Positions 10,069-19,581 of a stretch of 64,000 nt of DNA are shown piece after piece. The notes beneath the pieces were generated by a model. It saw only the letters and a program-made list of their open reading frames with translations. It searched no databases and was not told the origin of the DNA. Positions within the stretch are counted from its first letter, which is position 1; each line of letters starts with the position of its first letter. The DNA lies in assembly GCA_030145245.1 (NCBI GenBank), contig JAQYWC010000070.1, positions 6,040-70,039 of the forward strand, in the 5' to 3' direction. The translations under genes were made by a program, and so were the position numbers. The stretch is from Desulfobacterium sp. Lineage in GTDB: Bacteria; Desulfobacterota; Desulfobacteria; Desulfobacterales; Desulfobacteraceae.

Positions 10069-11358
10069 TCAAATGGTCTGGCCCATGGTAGCCCTGTTTC
10101 GTCCATTCTGTTTTGACTGATAGAGTGCCCGGTCCGCAACCGCGATAAGATCATCCTCTGACAAAAGGTTCCCAATGGTTGTGGCAATGCCCAGACTTAT
10201 GGTCACATGTCGGTTGACCGGACTTGCCCGGTGGAGAATAGGAAGGTTTTCCACATTGGCGCGTAATTTTTCGGCCACCACAAGGGCGCTTTCCAAAGGT
10301 GTTTCCGGCAGAACGATAACAAACTCTTCCCCTCCGTACCGGGCAACCAGGTCACCGGGACGGCAAATGGTATCCTTCAGGATATGGGCCACCCGTATCA
10401 GACACTCGTCCCCGGCCTGATGGCCATAGGTGTCGTTAAACAGCTTAAAGTGATCGATATCACAAAGGACAAGGGATAAGGGGGTCTTGAAACGACGGCT
10501 GCGCAGCCACTCCTTGTGCAGGGTCTTATCAAAATAGTGACGGTTATACGCCTGGGTCAGGCCATCGACCTGGGATTGCCTTTTCAGGATTTCCGTGGCC
10601 AGGGACAGCCGTCTTCCAAACCACTGAATGATCAGGACCCCGGCACATGCGATCAGCAGGTGGCTGACAAAAAGCGGCCGGTTGCTCTTGTTCCGGCTGG
10701 GAACCATGACACTGATCCCTCCCCGGACATCCCCTAGCATATAGCCCTGCTTCCGGTGGCATATCAAGCAGCTCTCTTCGGTGACAAGGGGTGCCAGGTA
10801 CCTGAACCGGGTGGTGTTTCCATCTTTCCGGGATTCGAAATATTCATCCTGCCCCCCCTTCTGCAGGAGTTGCAAGGCCCTCTTTTCCCATGGGGCCGGT
10901 AGATTGTCCGGATTCAATGGATTGAGGCTTGTGATATGAATTTTTACTTTCCCATCTTTGTAGACAATCTCAGAAATCATACGAGTCATGTAGGCAGGAT
11001 TTATTTTGGTCAGAGCCTGACCATCGGTGGTGGTGATATCCCGTTCCGGATCTTCCAGATACGGGTTGGGGCGCAGTCCGTCACGAACCAGCAGATATAC
11101 CCCCCCATGGCGGGCATTCCACTCCCAGGTAATGACAGTCTGCCTGAAAAAGCTCCGTGCCGTCTCCAGAAGTTCATCGTGTTTGTTATTTTGAATCTGA
11201 AAAAGATTCCAGCCGAGGGAGGCCGAGACTACCAGAACCCAAGCAAACGTTGCATTGAGTAAATATTTTTTATAATCAATTTCCATCAATCCACATATCT
11301 TCGTTCCGTAATTGCAACAACAGGCATGCTGAAAAGCGGTAACAATTTTTGCAATCAT
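10069..11358 (-). CDS. Diguanylate cyclase with an N-terminal periplasmic heme-c (DUF3365-like) sensor domain
   Basis: The sensor domain is paralogous to that of ORF 259-1740 (WNARHGGVY, INPAYMTR, HITSL, CLICH, VRGGISV). It is followed by a TM helix and a GGDEF domain (RYGGEEF with RPGD I-site). The start is uncertain (ATG 11358 or 11286). Confidence 0.85.
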   Translation of the reverse strand: MIAKIVTAFQHACCCNYGTKICGLMEIDYKKYLLNATFAWVLVVSASLGWNLFQIQNNKHDELLETARSFFRQTVITWEWNARHGGVYLLVRDGLRPNPYLEDPERDITTTDGQALTKINPAYMTRMISEIVYKDGKVKIHITSLNPLNPDNLPAPWEKRALQLLQKGGQDEYFESRKDGNTTRFRYLAPLVTEESCLICHRKQGYMLGDVRGGISVMVPSRNKSNRPLFVSHLLIACAGVLIIQWFGRRLSLATEILKRQSQVDGLTQAYNRHYFDKTLHKEWLRSRRFKTPLSLVLCDIDHFKLFNDTYGHQAGDECLIRVAHILKDTICRPGDLVARYGGEEFVIVLPETPLESALVVAEKLRANVENLPILHRASPVNRHVTISLGIATTIGNLLSEDDLIAVADRALYQSKQNGRNRATMGQTI

Positions 11359-11825
11359 ACCATGGATGGGTCAGGGTGAGAACATGAAACCGAGCTTGCT
11401 GAAAAACAAAGCAATATCTCCCTGTTTCAGGAATACGGCCTGTTTCCGGGAGAGTTGTCTGAGTCCAAGGGATCAGGAACGGGAACCTGCAGGATACCGG
11501 GCCGGAGGCAAAAGGCCATAAAGCTCAAAGATAATGATCGCTAAGATAATTAACCGGCCAGGGAAGAGGAGTCCTGATCCGGTGACTCCGCTTTTCGAGT
11601 AATTTTTCAGAAAACAATTATTAAACCCTTGACGACTTGGATATAATTTGTAATGCGGTATCAGATCATGCCCTAAAGGATACAAAATTAAAATTTCAAC
11701 CTGTAGCGATATGGAGACGGAAAGCCACGGGTCATAAATGATAGCTGGACGGCATGAGCCGTTTGTCCCATGTGCGTCATTTACAGGATCTTTCTGATTA
11801 CGGCATAATAATTAAGGGAACCACC

Positions 11826-13148
11826 ATGAAGGACGAAAAAAGCAGACAAGATGAGACCTCGAAACTGGAATTTATTGAGCAGGTCGAAAATACAATCATC
11901 GGACTGATCGCATTCGGAAAACGCTTTTTTGTTACCATTATAGCAGTGGCCTTCTCACCCTCTCAATTTGGTAAACACTTGCGCGAAAGACCCCATGGGA
12001 ACAACTTCGTCAAACCGTATACCTTTCTTGTTATATCAACGTTTCCCTTTATAAAAATTGTCCGGTTTATAATGGTTTCCATTTTAGTATGGGTTAACGT
12101 CACTTTAAAAGGGTGTCACCCCAAGCAAGACACGCCTCAGACAAACTTACCGAATTTCAATGAGTATCTGGTGATTCCATCCATTGAAGAAATAACAATA
12201 ATTGGATTATCTATGATTATTGTGGTTTCCATTATGACATGGGTACTGCGAATAATTCTGACAAAATCCGCACCTGAGCTTAAACCCATATTTATCAAGG
12301 GCGCCTGCTATGCAATAGGCATTCAATACCTCTTTTATCTTCTGTTGCTATGTGTATTTTATGGCACTATGAGAACTATTGAATTCCAACCAGTTAAATC
12401 GCTTCAATGCCTTAAGCCGGTTTTATCGGTTTTATCGGAAGCATTGAACTATATGCTCAATTTTGTAATCGAATTTGATTATGCTATCGAAATTATAGTC
12501 CCACTTTTGTTAATCTGGCCCGCAATAATTTTATCACGCCTTGTCATGCAACAGATTCCAGAGGAAAAATTCCGCATAAGCCGCATATTATACAGGAGAC
12601 TCGTTTCAGGGTCCATGGCAATGATCTTTTGCGCATCAACGTTCATAGTAAGTTTTGGCGTCCCCTATTCTTTTGCAAAATTTGATGAGAAAGGAAAGTA
12701 CAAATTTATCCCGGTGATCCAGGTCGTATTGCTGGAAAAAAAAGAGATCAGCGAGCATCCCACTGAAATCACTCTTTCAATCCTTAATAAAACAGGAGAC
12801 CTTCTGCTATTCGATTCCAATGATATCACCTTTATTGCAGAAGATAATTGGGCGTATAAAGGAACCTTAACAGACTGGGAAAAGGCCCCTGCTCCGGTTA
12901 TCTCAATTCCGGCCAGGGGAAGCACTTGGCTGACGGTTAAGCTAACCCGCCAGGATAAGAGGGATAAGCCACTTTTAGAAGAGTCAAAGGGTCGAGTTAT
13001 CCTCAAGCAAATCGAATCATCGGAAGAGAGGACTAAAATTAAAGGAAATTTATGGAAAAAGGAATTTGACTATTCTGCCCACCCTTTAGTGGTCTTATAT
13101 TTTTCAAACAAATCAGAGAATCTTGCAATATCCAAATCACTCATTTAG
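11826..13148 (+). CDS. Hypothetical polytopic membrane protein with a ~150-aa soluble C-terminal domain
   Basis: The ORF lies in a very AT-rich stretch. ATG 11826 is preceded by AAGGGA. It has several hydrophobic helices. I recognise no family signature. Confidence 0.55.
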   Translation: MKDEKSRQDETSKLEFIEQVENTIIGLIAFGKRFFVTIIAVAFSPSQFGKHLRERPHGNNFVKPYTFLVISTFPFIKIVRFIMVSILVWVNVTLKGCHPKQDTPQTNLPNFNEYLVIPSIEEITIIGLSMIIVVSIMTWVLRIILTKSAPELKPIFIKGACYAIGIQYLFYLLLLCVFYGTMRTIEFQPVKSLQCLKPVLSVLSEALNYMLNFVIEFDYAIEIIVPLLLIWPAIILSRLVMQQIPEEKFRISRILYRRLVSGSMAMIFCASTFIVSFGVPYSFAKFDEKGKYKFIPVIQVVLLEKKEISEHPTEITLSILNKTGDLLLFDSNDITFIAEDNWAYKGTLTDWEKAPAPVISIPARGSTWLTVKLTRQDKRDKPLLEESKGRVILKQIESSEERTKIKGNLWKKEFDYSAHPLVVLYFSNKSENLAISKSLI

Positions 13149-13535
13149 ATTATCAGCAATTTTGAGATCCTGGTAGATATTCTCCATGATGCGGTTATTG
13201 TAATCCTGAACAATGACCTGTGACCTGAACAGGGCATAAAGCTCAAAGACTGAGATGGCGATGATAAGAGAGACCCCGAAACGCGGATAATCCATAAACG
13301 CCAGGATTATGCCCAACGCGAAAACAGAGATATTTATCAGCCCCCGGGCCCATTTTCCTAAATAAAAATGATGGAGCCCGGCAATAAGGAGATAGTTTAA
13401 CGTTGCGTATGTATCCGGGTCCTTGAGCTTTTTCTCCGTCTCCCGGTAGAACGCAGCCCGGGTGGTTTCGGGCAGTTCACGAATCAGTTTACGAATGTTT
13501 TCTTCTTTTTCCTGAACGATTTCTTTAGATAACAC
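13137..13535 (-). CDS. TM2-domain small membrane protein
   Basis: Contains a GLHHFYLGKWARG motif followed by two hydrophobic helices, which fits a TM2-like domain. Confidence 0.6.
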   Translation of the reverse strand: MLSKEIVQEKEENIRKLIRELPETTRAAFYRETEKKLKDPDTYATLNYLLIAGLHHFYLGKWARGLINISVFALGIILAFMDYPRFGVSLIIAISVFELYALFRSQVIVQDYNNRIMENIYQDLKIADNLNE

Positions 13536-13587
13536 TTTTGAGTTTCCTTAATCCCGGGAGAGCACAACCCCTCCCGGGATATTTATT

Positions 13588-13800
13588 CTATCGGCCCAGG
13601 GTAATAATTACGGCTTCACGTTTCCAGAAAAGCATGAAGCGCTTCTGCTCAACGATTTGAAAAACCACGTTCCAACCTTCAGCAGCTTCGAGGTTCAGGG
13701 CTGTTTCCATTTTTTTAGTTGGGATGCCGGAGGCGCCAAGCAATATCGTACCCAGACCGCCTTCTACAATGCTAATAACCTTATACTCTTTGAAAGCCAT
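13588..13800 (-). CDS. DUF4177-like small protein
   Basis: 70 aa. The pattern YKVISI...LN..AAEGWNVV...E is typical of DUF4177. Confidence 0.55.
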   Translation of the reverse strand: MAFKEYKVISIVEGGLGTILLGASGIPTKKMETALNLEAAEGWNVVFQIVEQKRFMLFWKREAVIITLGR

Positions 13801-13830
13801 TATAATTTCACCTTTCTCTTTATCTTTTAA

Positions 13831-14188
13831 TTAAATTCCACTTGCAATGGCAACCCCTGTTGCCATCATCACTCCACCAGCAGAACGATTCAATTTCTTT
13901 ATCGCACTTCCACTGGAAAACATCTGCCGGGCATTGCTGGCCAGATATGCATACACCATTAGCACGCCGGTTAAAACAGTATTACTTTTGGATTGGACAA
14001 TGTTATCAAAAAGCCGCTGAGGATGTTTCCCGAAGGTGATCACCCAAAACAATACCCAGGATCACGCCAAGAGCAGGTCTAAAACCTGAGGCAAGGGATC
14101 TTGCAACCGTCGCAAAAACGCCCGGCCCGGGACTTGCTGCCAGAATCAGCATGGCTGTGGATAAACTGATCAGCGAAACTAAACCCAT
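13831..14188 (-). pseudogene. Decayed LysE/RhtB-family exporter gene (frameshift plus internal deletion)
   Basis: ORF 14006-14188 encodes a LysE N-terminus (ILAASPGPGVFATVARSLASGFRPALGVILGIVLGD). ORF 13831-14052, in another frame, encodes a LysE-like C-terminus. Together they give ~119 aa, against ~200 aa for intact family members. Confidence 0.6.
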
Positions 14189-14212
14189 TGAATCCTCCTC
14201 CCCAAAAGACGT

Positions 14213-14518
14213 TTATTCAAAAACAGGTTTCATGAAGCTGCGTTCATAGCTCACGATACACCGGGTCTCCTCTGAATATTTAAATGCCTCCCGGCACTCC
14301 GGATCCTGCGCCATCTTCACCCTGTACTCTTCATAAGCTGCCAGACTCGGAAAACTGAACAGAGCGACTGCAATATTGTTCGCTCCCTCATGGGGGAGAA
14401 AATATCCATGGTGGTTGCCGCCGAGTTTATTAACCAGCGGAATCCACAATTGTGCGTATTTTTCAAACTCTTTCAATTTATAAGGATCAATAACGTATCG
14501 CAAATAACAAGTAACCAT
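14213..14518 (-). CDS. NIPSNAP-domain protein
   Basis: About 100 aa starting MVTCYLRYVIDPYKLKEFEKY, with ...FSFPSLAAYEEYR further on. ATG 14518 is preceded by AAGGAG. Confidence 0.7.
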   Translation of the reverse strand: MVTCYLRYVIDPYKLKEFEKYAQLWIPLVNKLGGNHHGYFLPHEGANNIAVALFSFPSLAAYEEYRVKMAQDPECREAFKYSEETRCIVSYERSFMKPVFE

Positions 14519-14822
14519 GATCACTCCTTCTGTTGTTTTTACATTATTCCTTATATTCCTGATCCGGTATTTAAAACAGATCAATCATCAAGGATGCCTT
14601 TTATATCTTCACAGGGCTGCCAGCCCAGACAACGTGCGAGGGACAGGTACCAGTTGAAACGTTTTGAAGAGAGTCTTTTGCCACGGACGAATAAGCATGT
14701 CAAGGGGAAGTTGGGGACGCCCATAAAAAAAACACCATTTCTTCATGGGAACTGATAATTTTATGGGCATCCCCCCTATACTATCGCCTGATTTTGAGAT
14801 ATAGACACACCAGGAAAAAATT

Positions 14823-17342
14823 ATGAGACAACAGACAATGAACAAAACAGGCGTTATACACGAGAGCATCCGGGGGATTGTGGACCGGGTCACCTACCAT
14901 AATCCCGACAATGGGTGGTCCATTCTCAGGGTGCTTCCCTTTAACAATCCCAATGGGCAGGAGACCGTCATCGTCCACCAGACAAAGGTGTTTGCCGGTG
15001 CCACCATGGAGTTCCAGGGCACATGGACGGTTCATCCCAAGTATGGCCGCCAGTTCCAGGCAACAAAGGCCGAAGAGAAGAAACCCGCAACAACGGCCGC
15101 CCTTGAAAAATACCTTGGATCGGGCCTCATCAAGGGGGTCGGCCCCAAGACAGCCAAAAGAATCGTTAAGCATTTTAACGAACAGACCCTTGAGGTGTTT
15201 GAAAAATCCATCGACCGGCTCACCGAGGTGCCCGGGATTGCCCAGAAGAAACTCAAGAGCATCGAACAGGCATGGATCGAACACAAGGCCATCCGGGAAG
15301 TGATGATGTTTCTCCAGTCCCACGGCATCAGCACCCTGTTTGCCGTTCGGATTTACAAGGAGTACGGAGATGGGGCCATCCAAACCGTGACCGGGGATCC
15401 CTACCGCCTGGCCAACGACTTTTACGGCATTGGATTCTTTTCTGCGGACAAGGTGGCCCTGAGTATCGGGCTTGCCCAGGACAGTCCCCAGCGAATCATG
15501 GCCGGGATCAAGCACGTGCTTGCGGCAAGCCGGAACTTCGGCCACTGTTTTCTGACCCTCTCCCAGATCAATGACCAGGTCACAGAGCTCCTCCAGCTAA
15601 GCCTGACAGAGCGCCTGCCCATGCTCCTGCAGGAGATGGAGCAGGAAAAACTTGTCATGGTTCGTACCCTAGAGATTGAAAAAGGCAAAAGCGAACCCTG
15701 CTACTACTCAAAGTCCCTCTATTTTGACGAACTCTACGTTGCCAAACGGATTGCAGCCATGGGGAGTTCCCCACAGGTGGATATGGATAGGATCACCCGC
15801 TGGACAGCCCGCTATTGTGAAGCCAACTCGATCGATTTGAGCGATGAGCAGACGGCTGCGGTCCATGAGAGCGTGTGTGAAAAATTTTCCATCCTCACCG
15901 GAGGCCCGGGATGCGGAAAGACAACCACCACCCAGGTGATTGTGAAGCTGATCCAGGCAATGGGATCCACCGTGCTCCTTGCCGCCCCCACCGGACGCGC
16001 CGCCCAGAGGATGAGCGAGGTGATCGGCCAGGAGTCCAAGACCATCCACCGGTTGCTCGAATGGAAGGGCGGCAAGTTCAACAAGAACGAAGAAACGCCA
16101 CTCCAGTGCAATTTTCTCATTGTTGATGAGTGCTCCATGCTCGACATCAACCTGACGGCGTCCCTTTTAAAGGCCGTGCCCAAACACAGCCAGGTGCTGT
16201 TCATCGGTGATTCAGACCAGCTGCCCTCGGTGGGGGCGGGCAATGTGCTGGGGGACATCATCGCATCCGACACCGTACCCTGCTTCCGGTTGACCAAGGT
16301 TTTCAGGCAGGCCCGGGAATCCCTCATCATCAGCTATGCCCACAAGATCAACACGGGTGAGATGCCATGGGTGGAATCCCCGTTCAAGCGCCCCGGGGTG
16401 TGGCAGGACAAAACCGACTGCCTGTTTATCGATTCAGATGAGGCCACCCAGGAGCAGCTCAATTTCATCCGCCGGGTCAAACGGCTGGCTGAAATCAAAC
16501 CGAATGAACCGGAAAACGGATCAGACGCCGACACTGACACTGACACCGATACCGGCCCGTTTGAATTCCGCAGCAACGAACCCGTGGTTCCCTATGAAAC
16601 CGAGATAACCATTCCCAAGAAATTCCAGCATGTCAATCTGCAACAGGTATGCGCGGCAGACACAGGGATTGAAGAACTCCAGGCGGTCCTGAAGCGGGTG
16701 CACCCATGGTCTTCTCTCCACTACGGCTATACGGCCCTGGACAGTGTCAGAATGCTCTACAAGGAGTGGATACCCAAATATTACGGGAACAACTGCGAGA
16801 TCCAGATCCTCTCCCCCATGACCCGGGGAAGCCTTGGGACAGGAAACCTGAACCGGGTCATCCAGGAATCCACCAATCCATTCATGGAGGGAAAAAGCCA
16901 GCTCAAGGTCGGGGAGCGGACCTTCAGGGTCGGGGACCGGGTGATCCACCGGAAGAACAACTACGATCTTGGGGTGTTCAACGGTGACATCGGCACCATC
17001 CTGGATATCGACAACGTTGAACTCACCTGTGTTGTCGCGTTCTTTCCGGACGGCAGAGAGGTCTATTACCAGCGGGACGATATCATGGAGCTGGATCTGG
17101 CATATGCCATCACCATCCACAAGTCCCAGGGAAGTGAGTTTGAGATCGTCATCATTCCGGTCCTGACCCAGCACTTCAAGATGCTCTTCCGCAACCTTAT
17201 ATATACGGGATTGACCCGGGCCAAAAAACTCGCCATCTTTGTGGGAACCCGCAGGGCCCTGTCAATGGCCGTGGGGAACCAGGATACCAGCCAGCGCCAG
17301 ACCACCTTGCAGGAGCTCCTGGGGGGCGCTTCCGGGGGATGA
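14823..17342 (+). CDS. recD2: RecD2-type SF1 ATP-dependent DNA helicase (RecD/TraA family)
   Basis: The N-terminal OB/HhH region contains GIGPKTAKRIV. Walker A is GGPGCGKTT, followed by DECSMLD, GDSDQLPSVGAG and a C-terminal AITIHKSQGSEF block. It carries an acidic insertion with a (Asp-Thr)n run. Confidence 0.9.
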   Translation: MRQQTMNKTGVIHESIRGIVDRVTYHNPDNGWSILRVLPFNNPNGQETVIVHQTKVFAGATMEFQGTWTVHPKYGRQFQATKAEEKKPATTAALEKYLGSGLIKGVGPKTAKRIVKHFNEQTLEVFEKSIDRLTEVPGIAQKKLKSIEQAWIEHKAIREVMMFLQSHGISTLFAVRIYKEYGDGAIQTVTGDPYRLANDFYGIGFFSADKVALSIGLAQDSPQRIMAGIKHVLAASRNFGHCFLTLSQINDQVTELLQLSLTERLPMLLQEMEQEKLVMVRTLEIEKGKSEPCYYSKSLYFDELYVAKRIAAMGSSPQVDMDRITRWTARYCEANSIDLSDEQTAAVHESVCEKFSILTGGPGCGKTTTTQVIVKLIQAMGSTVLLAAPTGRAAQRMSEVIGQESKTIHRLLEWKGGKFNKNEETPLQCNFLIVDECSMLDINLTASLLKAVPKHSQVLFIGDSDQLPSVGAGNVLGDIIASDTVPCFRLTKVFRQARESLIISYAHKINTGEMPWVESPFKRPGVWQDKTDCLFIDSDEATQEQLNFIRRVKRLAEIKPNEPENGSDADTDTDTDTGPFEFRSNEPVVPYETEITIPKKFQHVNLQQVCAADTGIEELQAVLKRVHPWSSLHYGYTALDSVRMLYKEWIPKYYGNNCEIQILSPMTRGSLGTGNLNRVIQESTNPFMEGKSQLKVGERTFRVGDRVIHRKNNYDLGVFNGDIGTILDIDNVELTCVVAFFPDGREVYYQRDDIMELDLAYAITIHKSQGSEFEIVIIPVLTQHFKMLFRNLIYTGLTRAKKLAIFVGTRRALSMAVGNQDTSQRQTTLQELLGGASGG

Positions 17343-17463
17343 TTCTGAGGGACAATTCCGGGTGCTTCATTTTTTTTATGATTTCCAAAACGGTGGAGAT
17401 TGTTGTACCCTCGTTGCAATGGGTCATATTTTTTTACTCCTTAAGACTTTTACACGATTAATA

Positions 17464-18282
17464 ATGCAAAGAAAACATACGATATCCTATGCTGTTTTAA
17501 TTTTATTATCTGCAACCCTGGTGGGCCTGGCCAATGCGGCATCAACGGACAGGTTGCAGAGCGGTACGACAATTTATATCGGAGCAGAAGCCGGGAATGA
17601 CTGGCCTCCCTTTAAATTTTTCAAACGTGAAAATGACAAGATTACCGGGGAAATTGTTGGGTATAATATCGATGTACTAAATGATATCTTTTCAAAGCAT
17701 GGAATTAAACACCATTTCAGGCCATACCCCTTTGCGAGGTGTCTGGTATATTTGACATCGGGAGAAAAGATACAAATGCTTCTGCCTGTTTCTCTCAATA
17801 AAGAAAGAAAAAGTAAATACCTGATATCAGACCGGGTTTACACAACGACCCCCTGTTATTTCTATCTGAAAAGGAATTTTCCAAATGGTTTGAATCTAAA
17901 AAGTCCTGATGATGTTTTAGCGTATAGTGAGATTTGCGGGCGGCATGGCTACAATTACGTCAACTTTGGCTTGGAGAATAACAACGTTGAAAGATATTCA
18001 AAGGATTTTGAGGCCTTGGTAGGCATGCTGAAAAAGGACCGGTGCAATATCGTTCTGGCAAGGTTAGAAGTTATTGCAGGACACGCTCTGATCGGGAAGT
18101 CCTATTTAGATGATGAGATAGGGTATGTGCCTGTGCCGGGAGTTCCCCCGGAGAGTTTTCACTTCATGATTTCAAAGAATTACCCCCATGGTGATGAATT
18201 GTTAAAAATTATCAATGCCGGGATTTTACGACTTCGCAAACAAGGCCGATTAAAGGAAATCTTAAAAAAATACATTCCCTAG
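17464..18282 (+). CDS. Periplasmic substrate-binding protein (family-3 / amino-acid-binding-like)
   Basis: The signal peptide is MQRKHTISYAVLILLSATLVGLANA. Size and pattern fit an SBP_bac_3 fold. The track ORF start at 17239 overlaps recD2 and was trimmed. Confidence 0.6.
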   Translation: MQRKHTISYAVLILLSATLVGLANAASTDRLQSGTTIYIGAEAGNDWPPFKFFKRENDKITGEIVGYNIDVLNDIFSKHGIKHHFRPYPFARCLVYLTSGEKIQMLLPVSLNKERKSKYLISDRVYTTTPCYFYLKRNFPNGLNLKSPDDVLAYSEICGRHGYNYVNFGLENNNVERYSKDFEALVGMLKKDRCNIVLARLEVIAGHALIGKSYLDDEIGYVPVPGVPPESFHFMISKNYPHGDELLKIINAGILRLRKQGRLKEILKKYIP

Positions 18283-18614
18283 GACCTGTAATTTACCGGA
18301 TTGCAATTTTGCTTTTTTTTGCCCCGCCACGGAAACAAAACCACAATCATAGTTAAAATCATCTACATGAAAAAAACTACCCACAAGTATGCAAAAAACA
18401 ACCTACACATGGGAACATAATGTAACAGGAGATTGTTTAATATCAACAGCACCATTTCCTCAACAGGAAGAAAACAGAATTCACCAAATATTATTTTTCA
18501 CTCTTTAATATCGCACAAGAAGTAGAATAACGCAGCCCATATCGTTTACAACGCTCTTTACTAAAATGAAGGAACATTCTTAAAGCGAACCAAGTTTCGA
18601 TTCCAAGACAACAT

Positions 18615-18630
18615 TGGCACATTAGTTGCT
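18615..18630 (+). promoter_or_regulatory. Sigma-54 (RpoN) -24/-12 promoter upstream of the PEP-CTERM gene
   Basis: The sequence TGGCAC-attag-TTGCT matches the TGGCAC-N5-TTGCW consensus exactly. It lies 155 nt upstream of ATG 18785. Confidence 0.6.
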
Positions 18631-18784
18631 GAAGTTGAATAAGAATTCACTAAAAAGTGATATTTTCCTCAAAAGTCGTATTTTAACATCCATGATAAAG
18701 CCAAACCAGTGGCAACACTGGGACGGAAAGCCTAGGATCCCGTGGGGGGACAGCCGGTTGCCGTGGAAAAACATGGAGGTTGTT

Positions 18785-19417
18785 ATGAACAAGTTTTTCA
18801 GCTTTTTAATGGGGTTGTTTTTAGTCTTTGCGGTTGCAGAGGGTGCTGGTGCCTACAGTTTTGACATGGGGCCGAATTCTAATGTCGACGTAAGCGGCAC
18901 CCAAAATGCGTTAGAGTTGTATGCCACCGTCAACCCGAATTTAGATAGCATTCTGTTTAATCTTGAGGCAGGTCAATCACACGAGTTTTACTTCGCAACA
19001 ATCGGAACAACTGAATCATGGATCAACGCCGATGACGAGGAAACAGGGAACGTAGCTGCTAACATCGATTTTGAAATTCCAGATATAATTCAGGGAGTCA
19101 ACGGGGTATCTGTTGGCTTTTCAGGATGCCTTGAATTTACTCAAGGCTGGGATCTTACATGGAATGACCCTGTGTATGTTGATTTCGGTTATCAAAACAG
19201 TGGACGATTTTCAATTGAGTTATCAGATGTTAGTGGTTCAAACGGCTGGTGGCAAGGGCCAGGAAGCAGTGCAAAGGTCTTTGCTACAATAGCCCTGATG
19301 TCAGAGCCCAGTCTCGAGCCTGCGCCCGAGCCTATTCCAGAACCTGCAACCATGGTTCTTTTCGGCCTTGGCCTTGTCGGCCTTGCCGGAGTAACCAGGA
19401 AGAATTTCAGAAAGTAA
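18785..19417 (+). CDS. PEP-CTERM sorting-domain secreted protein
   Basis: GGAGG precedes ATG 18785. There is a signal peptide, and the C-terminus PEPATMVLFGLGLVGLAGVTRKNFRK has the PEP motif, a TM helix and a basic tail. Confidence 0.85.
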   Translation: MNKFFSFLMGLFLVFAVAEGAGAYSFDMGPNSNVDVSGTQNALELYATVNPNLDSILFNLEAGQSHEFYFATIGTTESWINADDEETGNVAANIDFEIPDIIQGVNGVSVGFSGCLEFTQGWDLTWNDPVYVDFGYQNSGRFSIELSDVSGSNGWWQGPGSSAKVFATIALMSEPSLEPAPEPIPEPATMVLFGLGLVGLAGVTRKNFRK

Positions 19418-19499
19418 AAAGCGCTTGCGCTTTACTTGACCCAGCACTTCAGGCAGACCACCGTGGAAGCGTTCCTGATTCCGGAGCCGTCCCGCTGCC

Positions 19500-19547
19500 A
19501 AAAAAAAACCTTCTAAAGAGCTGTCATCCCAACTCTTTAGAAGGTTT
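19500..19547 (-). terminator. Rho-independent terminator of the kinase gene; usable in both directions
   Basis: A perfect 13-bp stem (19508-19520 / 19533-19545) is flanked by an A9 run on the plus strand, which is a U9 run on the minus-strand transcript. It sits 35 nt past the stop at 19582. Confidence 0.75.
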
Positions 19548-19581
19548 ACTATTTCAAATCACTGTTCCAGGGGACGGTGAA

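Noticed and set aside
14781-17174. Long ORFs antisense to or overlapping recD2: 14781-15545, 15812-16330 and 16521-17174. The same situation occurs inside other GC-rich genes, e.g. 35866-36909, 43053-44168, 58337-59179 and 48071-49470.
   Set aside because: These are shadow ORFs typical of GC-rich coding DNA. Their translations are Arg/Gly/Pro-rich low-complexity sequences. They lack RBSs, and each is fully contained within a gene with strong family signatures on the other strand or frame.
17239-17463. A 5' extension of the binding-protein ORF overlaps the last 100 nt of recD2.
   Set aside because: The extension translates to Pro/Arg/Trp-rich sequence from the recD2 alternative frame. A canonical signal peptide starts at ATG 17464.
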